From a virus: a stretch of 64,000 bases of DNA. Of the stretch, positions 9,736 through 21,300 are shown piece after piece. Made by a program: the position numbers and the translations under genes. The notes under the pieces were generated by a model. It was not told the origin of the DNA and did no database searches. It saw nothing but the letters and a program-made list of their open reading frames with translations. The DNA is taken from positions 48,901-112,900 of IMG/VR virus record IMGVR_UViG_3300002052_000002, one strand, 5' to 3'. Every line of letters begins with the position of its first letter. The first letter of the stretch is position 1.

Positions 9736-10451
9736 TGGCATGGTTAGCATACTGGCCAACAGAAAGCGTAGAAGTAAGTGGTAGTACAACCCAAATAAGA
9801 GCTAATTGGGCCGCGATGCAAGCATGGTGGGAAGTGGAACATGTTAGTATAGCCAGTGCTTCTTCAGGAGCAGGGCAACATTTAGCTGGGACTGTTGGAT
9901 TTGTAATTTGGGGAGACTTCTCTGCCCTTCCAAGTACCGCTGCAACGGGAGCCCTCGCTTATACTGATATTGGATTCTTTATATACACCCCCAACGATGC
10001 ATGGGACTCGATAACAGAGACTTATTGGTCCAGAATTAGACAAAGTAATTTAGATTATCTTAATACATCTTATAATGATTTAGTAATACCAGCAAGTACT
10101 TGGACTAAAATGGCGATGAGTGCAACTAGCTCTCATCTTATATATGATTCAATGTCCGAGTATTCAACAGCGGCCAATAGGTGGACAGCGAAAGAAGAAG
10201 GATTTTATATGGTTATAGGAAATATCGTATTTCCTGATGCGGAGACTAATTATCAAAAGGCCGCAGCTATTTCACAAAATGGTGCTGCAGTTGCGGTTGG
10301 AAGAAAATATGGATCTCCAGTAAAGTCGGTACTAGTAAAAGATGTCCTGTATATTGATACTGGAGATTATTTAGAATTATATGGATGGCATAATCATACA
10401 GCAGCAGTAACTGCTGATGCCGCTACATTAATGATACAAAGGGTGAGCTAA
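9735..10451 (+). CDS. Tail appendage protein 1, C1q/TNF-like domain
   Basis: YD..SEY.....RWTA..EGFY.V and LY..TGDYLELY C1q-like motifs. Confidence 0.6.
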   Translation: MAWLAYWPTESVEVSGSTTQIRANWAAMQAWWEVEHVSIASASSGAGQHLAGTVGFVIWGDFSALPSTAATGALAYTDIGFFIYTPNDAWDSITETYWSRIRQSNLDYLNTSYNDLVIPASTWTKMAMSATSSHLIYDSMSEYSTAANRWTAKEEGFYMVIGNIVFPDAETNYQKAAAISQNGAAVAVGRKYGSPVKSVLVKDVLYIDTGDYLELYGWHNHTAAVTADAATLMIQRVS

Positions 10452-12106
10452 TGGCGTACGCAGAATGGAATACCTCCGTTCCTACAACTGGGACTAAAAT
10501 AGTTAATATACCTAGTGTTCATTCGAAAAACTGGTACGCTTTCCAATATACTTTAGAAGAGGAACACTATGGATTTAGTAGTCCACTTTCTGGAAGACAT
10601 ATGCTTGGAAGGACTACTATGGTTAGTGCCGCTCCTTCGGCAACCATTTTAGGAATAGCTGCCCCATTTACAGGAGCAATGGGTTGGGATACTGATTCTG
10701 GACAGGGTTGGCTCTATGATGGGGATGCCTGGGTTGTCTGGTCAGAATTGCCAAATAGTAGAGTATTTGCATATATAGGAACAAATCAAACAATACCTGA
10801 AACTTTAGATAATTGTGATTCTATAACAGGCTGGCAAACCACTAATACATGCGCGTGCACTATCTCTTCAGATACTTCTCAAAAATGGGAGGGATCTGCA
10901 TCTATAAAAGTAATACTTGCACCAGCAGAAACAAGTGAGTTTATGGCCTTCGAAACATATACTACTTGTGCAGTAGCGGGTCAGGCATATCCAACATGGT
11001 TTGCTCAACAGTTTGAGACCCCTGAAGCTGCCGAAGTGAACTTTAATAAAGCTTCAATATATATAGCACGCAATACCTTTACGGAAATTCCTATGGCATT
11101 TTATTATATTTATACTGATAATGGCGCCACAGGTGGGGATGCCGGACCTGAAACCATGATAGCTTCCGGTACTAAAACTATGTCTTGGTCCTCCTCATAT
11201 ACATATGAATGGAAGGAATGCACTTTTACTACAGTTTCTACTGGATCAAGTGGTACTAAATATTGGTTAGTAATAAATGACCCGAATCTCGTACTGGAAG
11301 AGCATTATATAGCAATAGATGGAGATGAAGGATATACAGATGGTATATATAAGTTGGGGACTACATTTGCAAACATGGCCACTGCGGCAGCAGATATGGC
11401 GTTTAGAATAGAGGCCTCTACTGGTAGAGATGATTTTTATGTCTATAAAGATTTAGTTCCTTATAAAGATTTTACAGGACTAGGTAATTATAATTCCTAT
11501 GTAAAATCGGATACTAATACTGGTTCCTCAGTAATAGCACATGCTTTTGGGAAATACTCAATAGATGAAAATACTCGTAGCTTAACAATAACTCAAACTG
11601 CTAATTGGGAAGAATTTCGATCAACTATTGGAGAGATCCCTTATTACTCTATAGCTCATATAGGATATCATATTACTGCCACTAATTCTGGGAATATATG
11701 GTTCGACTTTATTACTGTTGGGGATTTCAGTGGTAGCAAAGCTACAGTTGAATTTGATACGGAGAGTTTAGATTCTTTGGGAGAATGGGACGCCTCAACA
11801 TATACTTTTACCGCATGTGCAGATGGATACTATGAGTTATTGTCCTCCTTAACCCTAAGTGGATATGGCGGAACTGAAGTATCAACTTACTTTGTGGTAT
11901 CTAATATTGGGAGCGAGCCAGTTACAGCTGGAAAAAGCGAAATGATAGCGTTATCTGATGATTCTTTTACAATAACATCGAACACTATAGCGAAAGTAGT
12001 AAGTGGTGGAACAGTTAATTTACAAATAGCTCAAGATTGTCCAATAATCTTTACGATACTTAGTGGAGAGGACAAATCATTTTTGAAAATTCATAAACTT
12101 TCTTAG
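10451..12106 (+). CDS. Tail appendage protein 2, C1q-like with inserted beta-sandwich domains
   Basis: Same N-module as 9735; FDTE..D.LGEWD...FTA..DGYY appears after an insert of about 310 aa. Confidence 0.6.
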   Translation: MAYAEWNTSVPTTGTKIVNIPSVHSKNWYAFQYTLEEEHYGFSSPLSGRHMLGRTTMVSAAPSATILGIAAPFTGAMGWDTDSGQGWLYDGDAWVVWSELPNSRVFAYIGTNQTIPETLDNCDSITGWQTTNTCACTISSDTSQKWEGSASIKVILAPAETSEFMAFETYTTCAVAGQAYPTWFAQQFETPEAAEVNFNKASIYIARNTFTEIPMAFYYIYTDNGATGGDAGPETMIASGTKTMSWSSSYTYEWKECTFTTVSTGSSGTKYWLVINDPNLVLEEHYIAIDGDEGYTDGIYKLGTTFANMATAAADMAFRIEASTGRDDFYVYKDLVPYKDFTGLGNYNSYVKSDTNTGSSVIAHAFGKYSIDENTRSLTITQTANWEEFRSTIGEIPYYSIAHIGYHITATNSGNIWFDFITVGDFSGSKATVEFDTESLDSLGEWDASTYTFTACADGYYELLSSLTLSGYGGTEVSTYFVVSNIGSEPVTAGKSEMIALSDDSFTITSNTIAKVVSGGTVNLQIAQDCPIIFTILSGEDKSFLKIHKLS

Positions 12107-12113
12107 GAGATAT

Positions 12114-13862
12114 ATGTCGACGTGGAGACCAACTAGACCAAATTCATCTGATGATATCGCTGATATCCCTAGTTTGACTCAGGATAATTTTAGTGCTATA
12201 GAGGCCGTATTAGGAGTAGAACATTATACTATTACCCATGCTCTTAGTGGTCTACATAAAGGTGGAATAGCAGGAGGAATGTTTGTAGGTACTACCGCTC
12301 AAATCGCGGCTTTATCAAATCCTCCTACTGGAGCGATGGCACAAGATACAGATCTTGGTGTTGTAGTAGAGTATAGAGGGGGTGCCCTTGGTTGGGATAA
12401 GATCGGGCAAAGTGAATGGTCTAGATCGGCTGCCTATCCAACTACCGCAGTCGCCGTTACCGCAGATGAGCCTCCTTATACTATAATATGGGATACAGAG
12501 ATATATAATACTCTTAGTGAAATGAATACAGCAGATGGAGTTTTTACAGCGAAAGCTAGTGCTGGGTCCTATACTATTGTTGTATCACTAGGATTGGTAG
12601 CCTCTGGTACTCAAGTGGTAGAGGGGTACGCACTTCCTGTAGGAGATTACGCGGTTACTTGGAGTAGGGTGACTACTGGAGCAACCTACAATTATGAAAC
12701 AGTAGATGATTACCCAGGAGCGGATGACGCAGATTATAATGCTGCATGGACAGAGGGACGAGAGGACGAATTCTATGTGGGAAGTTTAGAAGATTCTTGG
12801 ACTACTGGAGAAGATAGTTATTATAGCCTTAAATTAAATGCCGCTAATCATGCTGGTGCTCAGGGATTTATGCTTAGTGCTAATTCTGTAATTAATCATG
12901 TAGAGTTATCTTTAGATAAGCAGAGTCCTGGAGCTGCACAAAATACTAAGGTAGTCTGGGCAGAAATATGGTATGGAGATCCTAGTACTGACGTCCCATC
13001 GGGGGATTCAACTAATTATATTGCTAGAAGTAGCAGTGCTACATTTCAAACTATCCCTACTGCTGGTCCAACTTGGATTAACTTCTATTTTAATCCTCCT
13101 GTAATTCTATCTGCTGATACAGAATATCATATAGTAGCACAAGCAGATTATGGTAGTTCTCTTACTGAATATATAAGATGGGCGAAGGATACTAGTATAG
13201 CGGAATCTGGGAATGGCGGTGGATCAATAGCTAATGATAGTTGGGTATGGACATGTGAAGCAGATGATACGAATACATTATTTAAAATCTATACGCAACC
13301 TTATATACCTGCCGGGTCTACAGGGATTAAAGTTATGACTCATTATAGGGCACGTGCTCAAGGAACCACGGAAGCGACTATAGATTCCTTTATAGTTACA
13401 CCGAATGGCAAAAGTTATGGAATAACTGAGGAACTAACAACTGGACCATTTGTAGATTATGAATGGGAATGGGATTATGATCCGGAAACAAATGAATTAT
13501 GGACTCCCTCAGGAGCTATGCAAATATTAAGATATGGGTATGATTTATGTAATGAATCCCCAACAAGTGCTTCTTCCGCAAATATTTCCCAGATGTATTT
13601 AGAATGGACATGGAATCCTCCCAGACCAATAGTTACTATAGGACTATATAAAGATGATGTACTATTTGAAGCCTCGAAAACTCCCCTTTTTGAAGCTGGG
13701 GAAGCTTCTTACCAGACTGCACAGTTATTCTCTACAGCTAGATTAACGGCTGGACAGGATTTACGAGTAAAAGTGGATAAGACATTAGTGGATGATGAGA
13801 TAGTCGTAGATTCTAAATATACATGGATTTCAATTCATAGAGTTAGTGGAGCGGTATTATAA
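12114..13862 (+). CDS. Tail appendage protein 3, C1q-like with inserted domains
   Basis: Same N-module; WDTE.YN.LSE....GVFTA, then an insert, then RLTAGQ.L.V and WISIHRV. Confidence 0.6.
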   Translation: MSTWRPTRPNSSDDIADIPSLTQDNFSAIEAVLGVEHYTITHALSGLHKGGIAGGMFVGTTAQIAALSNPPTGAMAQDTDLGVVVEYRGGALGWDKIGQSEWSRSAAYPTTAVAVTADEPPYTIIWDTEIYNTLSEMNTADGVFTAKASAGSYTIVVSLGLVASGTQVVEGYALPVGDYAVTWSRVTTGATYNYETVDDYPGADDADYNAAWTEGREDEFYVGSLEDSWTTGEDSYYSLKLNAANHAGAQGFMLSANSVINHVELSLDKQSPGAAQNTKVVWAEIWYGDPSTDVPSGDSTNYIARSSSATFQTIPTAGPTWINFYFNPPVILSADTEYHIVAQADYGSSLTEYIRWAKDTSIAESGNGGGSIANDSWVWTCEADDTNTLFKIYTQPYIPAGSTGIKVMTHYRARAQGTTEATIDSFIVTPNGKSYGITEELTTGPFVDYEWEWDYDPETNELWTPSGAMQILRYGYDLCNESPTSASSANISQMYLEWTWNPPRPIVTIGLYKDDVLFEASKTPLFEAGEASYQTAQLFSTARLTAGQDLRVKVDKTLVDDEIVVDSKYTWISIHRVSGAVL

Positions 13863-15463
13863 TGCCTTATGAAAAGTACGTTATAGAGAAATTTCAAGTT
13901 GGACTGATAGATGAGAATGAATTATCTAAATTGAGTCATCCTCCTGGAGCATCTATAGATTGTCAAAATGTTATTTGGATGCCTAGTGGGGCGCTGACTA
14001 AGCGAAAAGGCCTTAGAAAGCTAAATGCTGTGGGCCCATTAGTAGACTCTGCTATAGTCCATATGCAGCAGATGAAGGACAAAAATGGGTCTGATTATGT
14101 TGTAGCCTTTTCCTGTGCTTCAGGGAGTACCTCCGCTAGTATTGGTAGATTTGATGATTCTAGTGGGATTGGAACGTTCCATCCTATATATGTGGATGGA
14201 TGGCTAGTAGGAGATGGGCATCCAGTTTCAACTACAACTTTCATGGGATCTGGAGCTTGGACTTCTTGGAGTAATGTAGGTCCAATATATGGATGGGATG
14301 CCGCTGCAGCAACCCCATCAGCAGCTGTCCCAATAACAGATACTCCTAGTGGAGCAAAAGTTGTAGTTGCTTTTGGTAATTTCTTATTTCTTTGTAATAT
14401 GTTGGGGGATACTGGTGCGGAAGCTGGCGTGCAGCAAAGATCCAGAATTAGATGGTCTGCTGCTAGAGATTGGACAGATTGGCCTGTCACATATTATATG
14501 GATTTGGACACGGATGATGGAGACGAGATAAAAGCAGCCACTATGTTCCGTAACTCCCTAATAATATTCAAGGAATTTAAGATGTACGCTATACGTTGGG
14601 TTGGTGGCACGGAGTTATTTAGGGCAGAGCGTATAGATGATAGTGTAGGGTGTGTCGGCCCAAATGCATGGGTAGAGTCTGGCGGAGATTTATACTTCCT
14701 AGGCTGCCAGGTGCCTTATAAGTACACAGGACAAGGAGTACCAGAAAGTATAGGCGACGCGGTACAGAGTACATTTGATGAGATGGATCTTACTATTAGT
14801 CAAATGAATGATGTAGATAGTGATGAAGAATTCTATGAAGTTATGTTTAACATGGCTACAAGTGATTCTGAAGCTGCCAGGAAAGATACACAACTTGTAT
14901 ATGATACACGATTTGGTAGTTGGACTAGATTTGATATGACAGCCTCTTGTATACGTGGGATAGATTATGGCACTAATGCTATGTATATTACTTTAACACA
15001 GCCATATTCCGCGTATGCTGGTACACAAATTAGAGATTGGGCAGGGGCTAAAGAAGGAATGTTGGCAGTAGGCTCATACTCTGGAGATATCAGAGAGTAT
15101 GGACTATCAAATAATGATGATGGAGTGGCCATCGAAGGATATTGGAAAAGTAGATGGATAGATTTTGGAGATCCTACAGTTAATAAACGTCTATATAGAG
15201 TGACATTCTTTGTAGAGAAAGAATTGGGAGATTATGATTTTACGTTTGAACTCTATACAGATTGGGATCAGGATAATCCAGTTCTTACAAAATTAGTATC
15301 TTTAACAGGTGCCACAGAGGAAACGGTATTGGAGCAGAAGATAGACTTTACAAAGCCTTGTAGATCTGCACAATTTAAATTTTATACAAATGAACTCATA
15401 AGCCCTTTTACTATTCATAAGGTCATAATTGAATACTTAGTAAGAGGCAGAACAAAAACATAA
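13862..15463 (+). CDS. Tail nozzle / DNA stabilisation protein (P22 gp10 / tubular B-like)
   Basis: G.L.KR.G, IRWSA...DW, LIIFK, VGC.GP, W.DFGDP...KR motifs. Confidence 0.75.
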   Translation: MPYEKYVIEKFQVGLIDENELSKLSHPPGASIDCQNVIWMPSGALTKRKGLRKLNAVGPLVDSAIVHMQQMKDKNGSDYVVAFSCASGSTSASIGRFDDSSGIGTFHPIYVDGWLVGDGHPVSTTTFMGSGAWTSWSNVGPIYGWDAAAATPSAAVPITDTPSGAKVVVAFGNFLFLCNMLGDTGAEAGVQQRSRIRWSAARDWTDWPVTYYMDLDTDDGDEIKAATMFRNSLIIFKEFKMYAIRWVGGTELFRAERIDDSVGCVGPNAWVESGGDLYFLGCQVPYKYTGQGVPESIGDAVQSTFDEMDLTISQMNDVDSDEEFYEVMFNMATSDSEAARKDTQLVYDTRFGSWTRFDMTASCIRGIDYGTNAMYITLTQPYSAYAGTQIRDWAGAKEGMLAVGSYSGDIREYGLSNNDDGVAIEGYWKSRWIDFGDPTVNKRLYRVTFFVEKELGDYDFTFELYTDWDQDNPVLTKLVSLTGATEETVLEQKIDFTKPCRSAQFKFYTNELISPFTIHKVIIEYLVRGRTKT

Positions 15464-15476
15464 GGGGTGTAATAAA

Positions 15477-16421
15477 ATGGGTAATGGATGGGAAGTAACA
15501 AGTTTTCCGGAGGATCCAGCAGGATATTTAAATATGCCAGCTTCTTATTATGGAACGCCTGTATCATATGATTATACAAATTCCTGGTATTCAGATCCGA
15601 ACCTATGGAAAATACTAGGAGGATTTGGAGCTACTCTTGGATCTTCTCTACTCGGTGGTGGGGGAGGCGGAGGTGCTGGTAAAGCAGGAACTACAGCCAC
15701 AGCTGGTAAAATTCCTAAGCCAATCAAACAAACAGCAAAAATGGTTCAGGAACAATGGCCACAAGCTGCTACAACTCCAGAACAAGAAGCATATTATTAT
15801 GGTTCAGTTGTGCCAGCTCTATTAAGTGGAGAGGTAGACCCATTCTCTGCTAACATCCTCAGACTTATAGCAGGTGGAGGCCCTGGAATGTATATGCCAG
15901 ACGTGGCCGCTATGAGGGCCCCTTATGAGACGATGCTTAGATTAGGTGGAGAACAAGCTGCACGTTTATATGACCAGCTCCTTGGAATAGGTGCAGGTGG
16001 TATTTCTGGCCTTGGTGCTGGACAGCCAGAGGCCGCTGCTGCTTATGGTAGAGAAATGGCGATGTTGCCTATCATGCAACAGATTGCACAGCAAGAACAG
16101 GCCATTGCCCAGATGCAGCAGCAAGCAATGGGCATGTATCCTCAATATGGAATGGAGGCATTAAGACTTCTGCCCGCAACTGAAGTTCAAAACCTACAAA
16201 ATATGGCTACTAGAATGGCCATGATGGGATTTCCTTATGAGGCTATACTTAGGAATATACAAGAATATGCAAAAACATTGACTGGTTTATACGCCCCATT
16301 TACAGGGCAATTACCACAAGTAACGACTATGGAACCTTCGCAGGGTAGTCTTTGGGCCCAAGTTCTAGGACAAGGACTCGGAGCTCTGGGTAGTTATTTA
16401 CTACAACCAACAAAAACATAA
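15477..16421 (+). CDS. Putative DNA-ejection (pilot) protein
   Basis: Gly/Gln/Ala/Met-rich; follows the nozzle gene. Confidence 0.55.
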   Translation: MGNGWEVTSFPEDPAGYLNMPASYYGTPVSYDYTNSWYSDPNLWKILGGFGATLGSSLLGGGGGGGAGKAGTTATAGKIPKPIKQTAKMVQEQWPQAATTPEQEAYYYGSVVPALLSGEVDPFSANILRLIAGGGPGMYMPDVAAMRAPYETMLRLGGEQAARLYDQLLGIGAGGISGLGAGQPEAAAAYGREMAMLPIMQQIAQQEQAIAQMQQQAMGMYPQYGMEALRLLPATEVQNLQNMATRMAMMGFPYEAILRNIQEYAKTLTGLYAPFTGQLPQVTTMEPSQGSLWAQVLGQGLGALGSYLLQPTKT

Positions 16422-16439
16422 TTAGGAGAGAGAAAATAT

Positions 16440-18380
16440 ATGGCAACATTATGGGGACATTTACCAGAAAGTCCGCCAGCAGAAATTATAGAACCAGCGC
16501 TTAGACAGATAGCCGCACAGGCTATAGCTGGAGCTGGTGGAGTTGCGCCTGATGTATTTACAGGCAGTCCAGCATGGGAGGCACAAAGACGAGTTCCTCA
16601 AACTTGGGGAGATCTACTTCGTTTATTGCTCGGTGGAGGAATGACAGGATATATTCCTCCTGAAAGGTTGGAACAGCTTAGGACCCCAACTGGACCTTCA
16701 ATGATAGGAAGAAGTCCTGAGGAACAGGCTGCGATTGCTGCAGCTAGTGTTCCGGCAGTCCCTTCTAGAGCCATGTTTGGAGTGGAAGAAGGAATGGCAG
16801 GATTACCAACGCCAACTCCTACTGTACCGACTCCTGTGACCCCTCCTACAGCAGCTCCTAAACCGAAGACAGGGGAACGACCATTATATGGCGTTGTTCC
16901 GCCTAAGGCGAAGGAAGGTGCAGCATACGAGGCACTTACCGGAGAGGCCGTGCCCCCTGCGGAACCAGAAGAAGAGGAAATGCCTTTTGCACTTCCTCCT
17001 TTTCCAGAAGGAGTGGACTTTGAAAGTGAAATGAGAAGGATAGCTGCGACAGCTCCTAGGACTCCAGAAGAGATCGCTGGACCTAGGCCAACTATTCCTA
17101 GAGCACCACTTCCTTTAGAATTACTTAGACAATTCTCTTATGGGATGCTCTACGGTGGAGCTAGAGGAGCAGAAGAGCACGAACGTAGAATACAAGCGGT
17201 ATTAGATAAACAATATGATGACAAATTACAGATGGCTGTTGCTGCTGCTAGTGAAGAGAGAAAGGCAGAGTATGCTATATTAAGTAATAAAGTAGAACAG
17301 CAAAAGATTGCTGAGGAAGGTTATGGCAAGTATTTAGAGCACATTGGAAGAGTTTATCCTGAGTCATTTACTACGCGTCCAGAAGTTTTAGGAGCAGCTA
17401 TGCGACTTTGGCACATGGATGAGAAGGCTATAAATGAATTTTTAGCTTCTCGTAAACGTCCTGATGGTACTTATGATCTGGGGAAATCAGAAGTAGATAG
17501 AAAAGTGCATGCGTATAAGACACAGGCTAGAGCAATGAAGATAATGTATCCCGCTCTTTCGGAAGAGGAAATTGCAGAGATCGTCGTAACTGGTGGATTT
17601 ATAGATCATACTAAACGATTTGAGAATAGAATGATGAGTGATCTAGCTGCTGCTCAACAGAAAGGGGACATGAAAGAATATAATAAACTATTGGATCAAT
17701 TTACTGCATATAAAAGTGCTATGCAGAAAAGTGCATTACGTGAATCCATGGACAAAATGACAGTTTTATACCAAATGAAAGATGTAATCGTGAAGAATCA
17801 AGGACAGGATTTCTTCAACTGGTTATCACAAAGTGCATATGCCAGCCTATTTGGAGCCAGAGTTCCTCATCCCTCTGAGATAGAGAAGGTTACAAAAGAA
17901 AAGGAAATGACTCCAACAGAGAAAGCTAAGATGCAAGAGATGAGATTGAAATATACAGGTCTTCCTGGAATTCTCGTTCTAATGTACCCAGAACAGGCCA
18001 CAAAGGAAGGCGGCATTCTATTTGAACAAGAGAATGCTAGAAAGGTAATTGACAAATATAATATGGTAAAAGCCGAAGTTCAGGATATGATTCAGAAAGG
18101 ACAAACTCCTGAGAAGGCCATGAAACATATTAATAAACAGGTGTCTAAAGAAGAACAAGCTCTATTATGGAAAATGGCAGATACGACTAGAATATACATG
18201 ACTTCCGTGGACCCGTTAACTGGGAAATTAAGAACAGATCCCACTGGGCGTCCACGATCAGAGATTCTTAGACACGTTATGATAACTCCTGATAACTTTT
18301 TACAAATTATAGAATTAATAGATATGGGGGAAACTAATATAAATATTATTAGATATTTCCGAACTCCTCCTACCAAATAA
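16440..18380 (+). CDS. Putative internal virion/ejection protein
   Basis: Pro-rich N-terminus, helical C-terminus; position. Confidence 0.55.
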   Translation: MATLWGHLPESPPAEIIEPALRQIAAQAIAGAGGVAPDVFTGSPAWEAQRRVPQTWGDLLRLLLGGGMTGYIPPERLEQLRTPTGPSMIGRSPEEQAAIAAASVPAVPSRAMFGVEEGMAGLPTPTPTVPTPVTPPTAAPKPKTGERPLYGVVPPKAKEGAAYEALTGEAVPPAEPEEEEMPFALPPFPEGVDFESEMRRIAATAPRTPEEIAGPRPTIPRAPLPLELLRQFSYGMLYGGARGAEEHERRIQAVLDKQYDDKLQMAVAAASEERKAEYAILSNKVEQQKIAEEGYGKYLEHIGRVYPESFTTRPEVLGAAMRLWHMDEKAINEFLASRKRPDGTYDLGKSEVDRKVHAYKTQARAMKIMYPALSEEEIAEIVVTGGFIDHTKRFENRMMSDLAAAQQKGDMKEYNKLLDQFTAYKSAMQKSALRESMDKMTVLYQMKDVIVKNQGQDFFNWLSQSAYASLFGARVPHPSEIEKVTKEKEMTPTEKAKMQEMRLKYTGLPGILVLMYPEQATKEGGILFEQENARKVIDKYNMVKAEVQDMIQKGQTPEKAMKHINKQVSKEEQALLWKMADTTRIYMTSVDPLTGKLRTDPTGRPRSEILRHVMITPDNFLQIIELIDMGETNINIIRYFRTPPTK

Positions 18381-18393
18381 TAAGGGGTAATTT

Positions 18394-21300
18394 ATGCCTT
18401 TAGAGGAACAAGTACAACAGTTAATAGATTTAATTAAAGAAAAAGAAGAACCTACTGTAGCTCCCACACCCACTCCAAAGCCAACGGCTCCGGAAGAGCC
18501 CGCAGCGCCAACAGGAGAAGGAGTCGCCGATGTGTTGGCAATGCAGAGGGAACAGACAGCTCCCTTTATGATAACACAAAGAGATATAGGGGCTTTAGGG
18601 CATCTATTAACTGGTTTTAAACTAGGATTGTATGGTGAATTAGACTTTTTAGATAAAGCATCTGAATGGGTATCTAATCTTACAGGATTAGAGAAAGGCG
18701 GGGTCTTTGGTGAATTAAGAGACAAAGTTGCGCCGGAAGATTACGAATTATCTGACACTGGTCTAACCGCTACCATCCTAAGAGCTGTAGGCATGCTTCC
18801 TGTCCAATTGGGAGCAGCTATGATGGCTGGAGGAATTGGTGGTGGTATCCTTAAAATAGCTAGATTACCACAAGCAGTAATCCTTGGTCGTGGCGGTATA
18901 TCATTAGCCAGAGGTGCAGCAATGCCACTGAAGGGTGCTAGAATGTTTGGCCTAGGAATGCCTACTGGATTTGGTTTAATGGGAGCAGCAAGAGCAGGAG
19001 TCCAACCAGAACCTTCTGCTGCAGAAATGATTAAACATGGTTTGACAGGCGCTGGAATGGGCTTTGGACTAGAGGCTTTGGCTCCTATGAGAGCTATAGC
19101 TCGTATCCCAGGTACAGCTGGTATATTTGGTGGATTAACCGCACTAGAGGGTGCACCTGCTGAGGAGACGATTGCTCAGACTTTAGTTGGAGGTCTTTTG
19201 GGACTTCTTGGTAGACGTCCTAAATATCCTGAAGCTCCACTTCCTACTGCTGAAGTGCCTGCTGCTGCTGGAGTACCTCCAAGAGCACCAGAACAGATGG
19301 GCCTTCCGTTAAGAGTACGTAGACCTATGGCTCCTATAGAAGAAGGAGTAGAGCAACTTCCTCTTCCATTAAGAGTTACTGAACCAATGGAAAGAGAAGC
19401 TCCTCCTAAAGTAGCCGCTCCAGTAGTGGAGAAACCTACTACGGTGGAGGCACAACCAAAGCCTGATTCATTATATATTTCTAGAAATGAGATTATAGAT
19501 GGTTTAGTTGTTAAGAAAGATTTTAGACGAGGAGTACTTGAGCAGCTTTCTGATCCAGTTCTTGCGTGGTTGAATACCTCAAAAACCATAAAGGGATCAC
19601 AAGTAACATTTGATCCTACGACTAAAGCGGTAATAAAGAAGGTTGGTCGCAAGAGAGTCGTAGGTAAAATGACCGATAAAGAACTTGTGGACGAGTCAAA
19701 TACTACGATGTCCATGACTCGCTATAATCAAGTCATGACTGAACTGAAATCCAGACAACTTAGAGACATCGCTCTTGGTAAGGAACGGGTCGATTTAGCG
19801 GAAGAAGTTTCGGTCAGGGAACCAGTACGCAAACCAACAGTAGCTGAAGGAATGGAAGGGGCTACTCCTGTGGAGCGTATTCCTTATAGGAATGCATTAG
19901 TACAGGCTGCATATGGAGAAATTACTGAAGGTTTTCCAGAGAAGCGCTTAACTATAGATGAATTCTTAGAGACTGCTAAAGGTGTATATAAATTAACTCC
20001 AGAAGAACGTATAGAATTAACCAGACTTCTTAATGGAGAAGGATGGAGAATTATTGGCGAAGGGGAAACCCTAGATAAATTGGTTGGACGTAGAATAGAA
20101 GAACAGATGAAGGAACCTCCTAGAGTACCTGAGGAACTGACAGCCGAAGAAATTAAAGCTATAGCTAAACAAGATTGGGAAAAGACACATGATGAATATT
20201 TGAAAAAGGCAAGAGAAGATAAACTTATTCCCAGTGAAGAAGAATATAATAAACTTTCCCTATCTGAGAAAGAAGAAATCACTGATTTTTTGGATGATGT
20301 GTATGAGCTTTATGGTGAGATAGAAGCTTTAAAGGCCCAGAAAAAGTTCGATAAAAAGACAGCGAATACTTATTCAAGGAAAGTAGGGATTGTAAAAGGC
20401 AATATAAATAGGATCTTCAGTGCGGCCATGCGTGAGAGAGCAGGACGAGTAAAGGTCCCTGAAGAGATGGTGAGGAAATATGGGCTTCCTGAAGAGAAGC
20501 CTGAAAAAGTCGAAGTACCGAAGAAAGTTCCTGAAAAGGTGAGAGAGATCACAGGAGCAAAGGCACTTTATATAGATAAAGCTGTTGAGTTATGGGGAGA
20601 GAAAGCCAGGATGAATTTGGCCAGCCTCTCCGTCACAGACTTGATGAGAATTGTAGAAGGCAAGCTTACTCCAGAAGAGTATTCAATTACTCCTAGTGGA
20701 AGATTAGTAAAGATTCCTTCAAAAGTAGCAAAACCTGTTGAAATTAAAGGACTTAAAGTAAGATTCAAAGAACATCCAGAAGATCCAAATATCATGACAG
20801 CTATCGCTGGTGTGCCAGGAGCTGAGGCTATAGGTTTATGGTCAATTCGATTGCCTGTAGAAAGAAAACCTGGGGAGAAAGTTGGATGGTATAGCATAGA
20901 AGCGGATGTTACCCCTGAATTTACACGAAAGGGAATAGGCACTGCTATGTTTGATGCTATTGAAAAACAATATGGTGAACATTTAGGTAGAGTAGGAGAA
21001 CTTACTGGAGCTGGAGCCAAATTTGTTGAGGGCCTAAAAAGAAAAGGAAGAAAATATAAGGATATTGATGTTGAAGAGGTAGGAATAGAACCAGAAGCTC
21101 CTCCTAAAGTAGAAGCTCCAATCAAAGCTCCAAAATTGAGTAAAAAGGAAGAAGCTGGGATTAAACTTGAGCTTACTACTATTCGAGAGAAGTATACTGG
21201 TAGACCAGATTTAGAGAAAATTGTTGCTTCATACGAAAAGCATAGACGAAGTGGCTTGAATATTAAAGCTGCTGTAGAGGCCATGCGGCAGGAAATAGGT

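Noticed and set aside
9735-13862. Diversity-generating retroelement acting on the tail paralogues
   Set aside because: No reverse transcriptase in the window and no near-identical repeat pair differing at adenines; similarity is only at the protein level.
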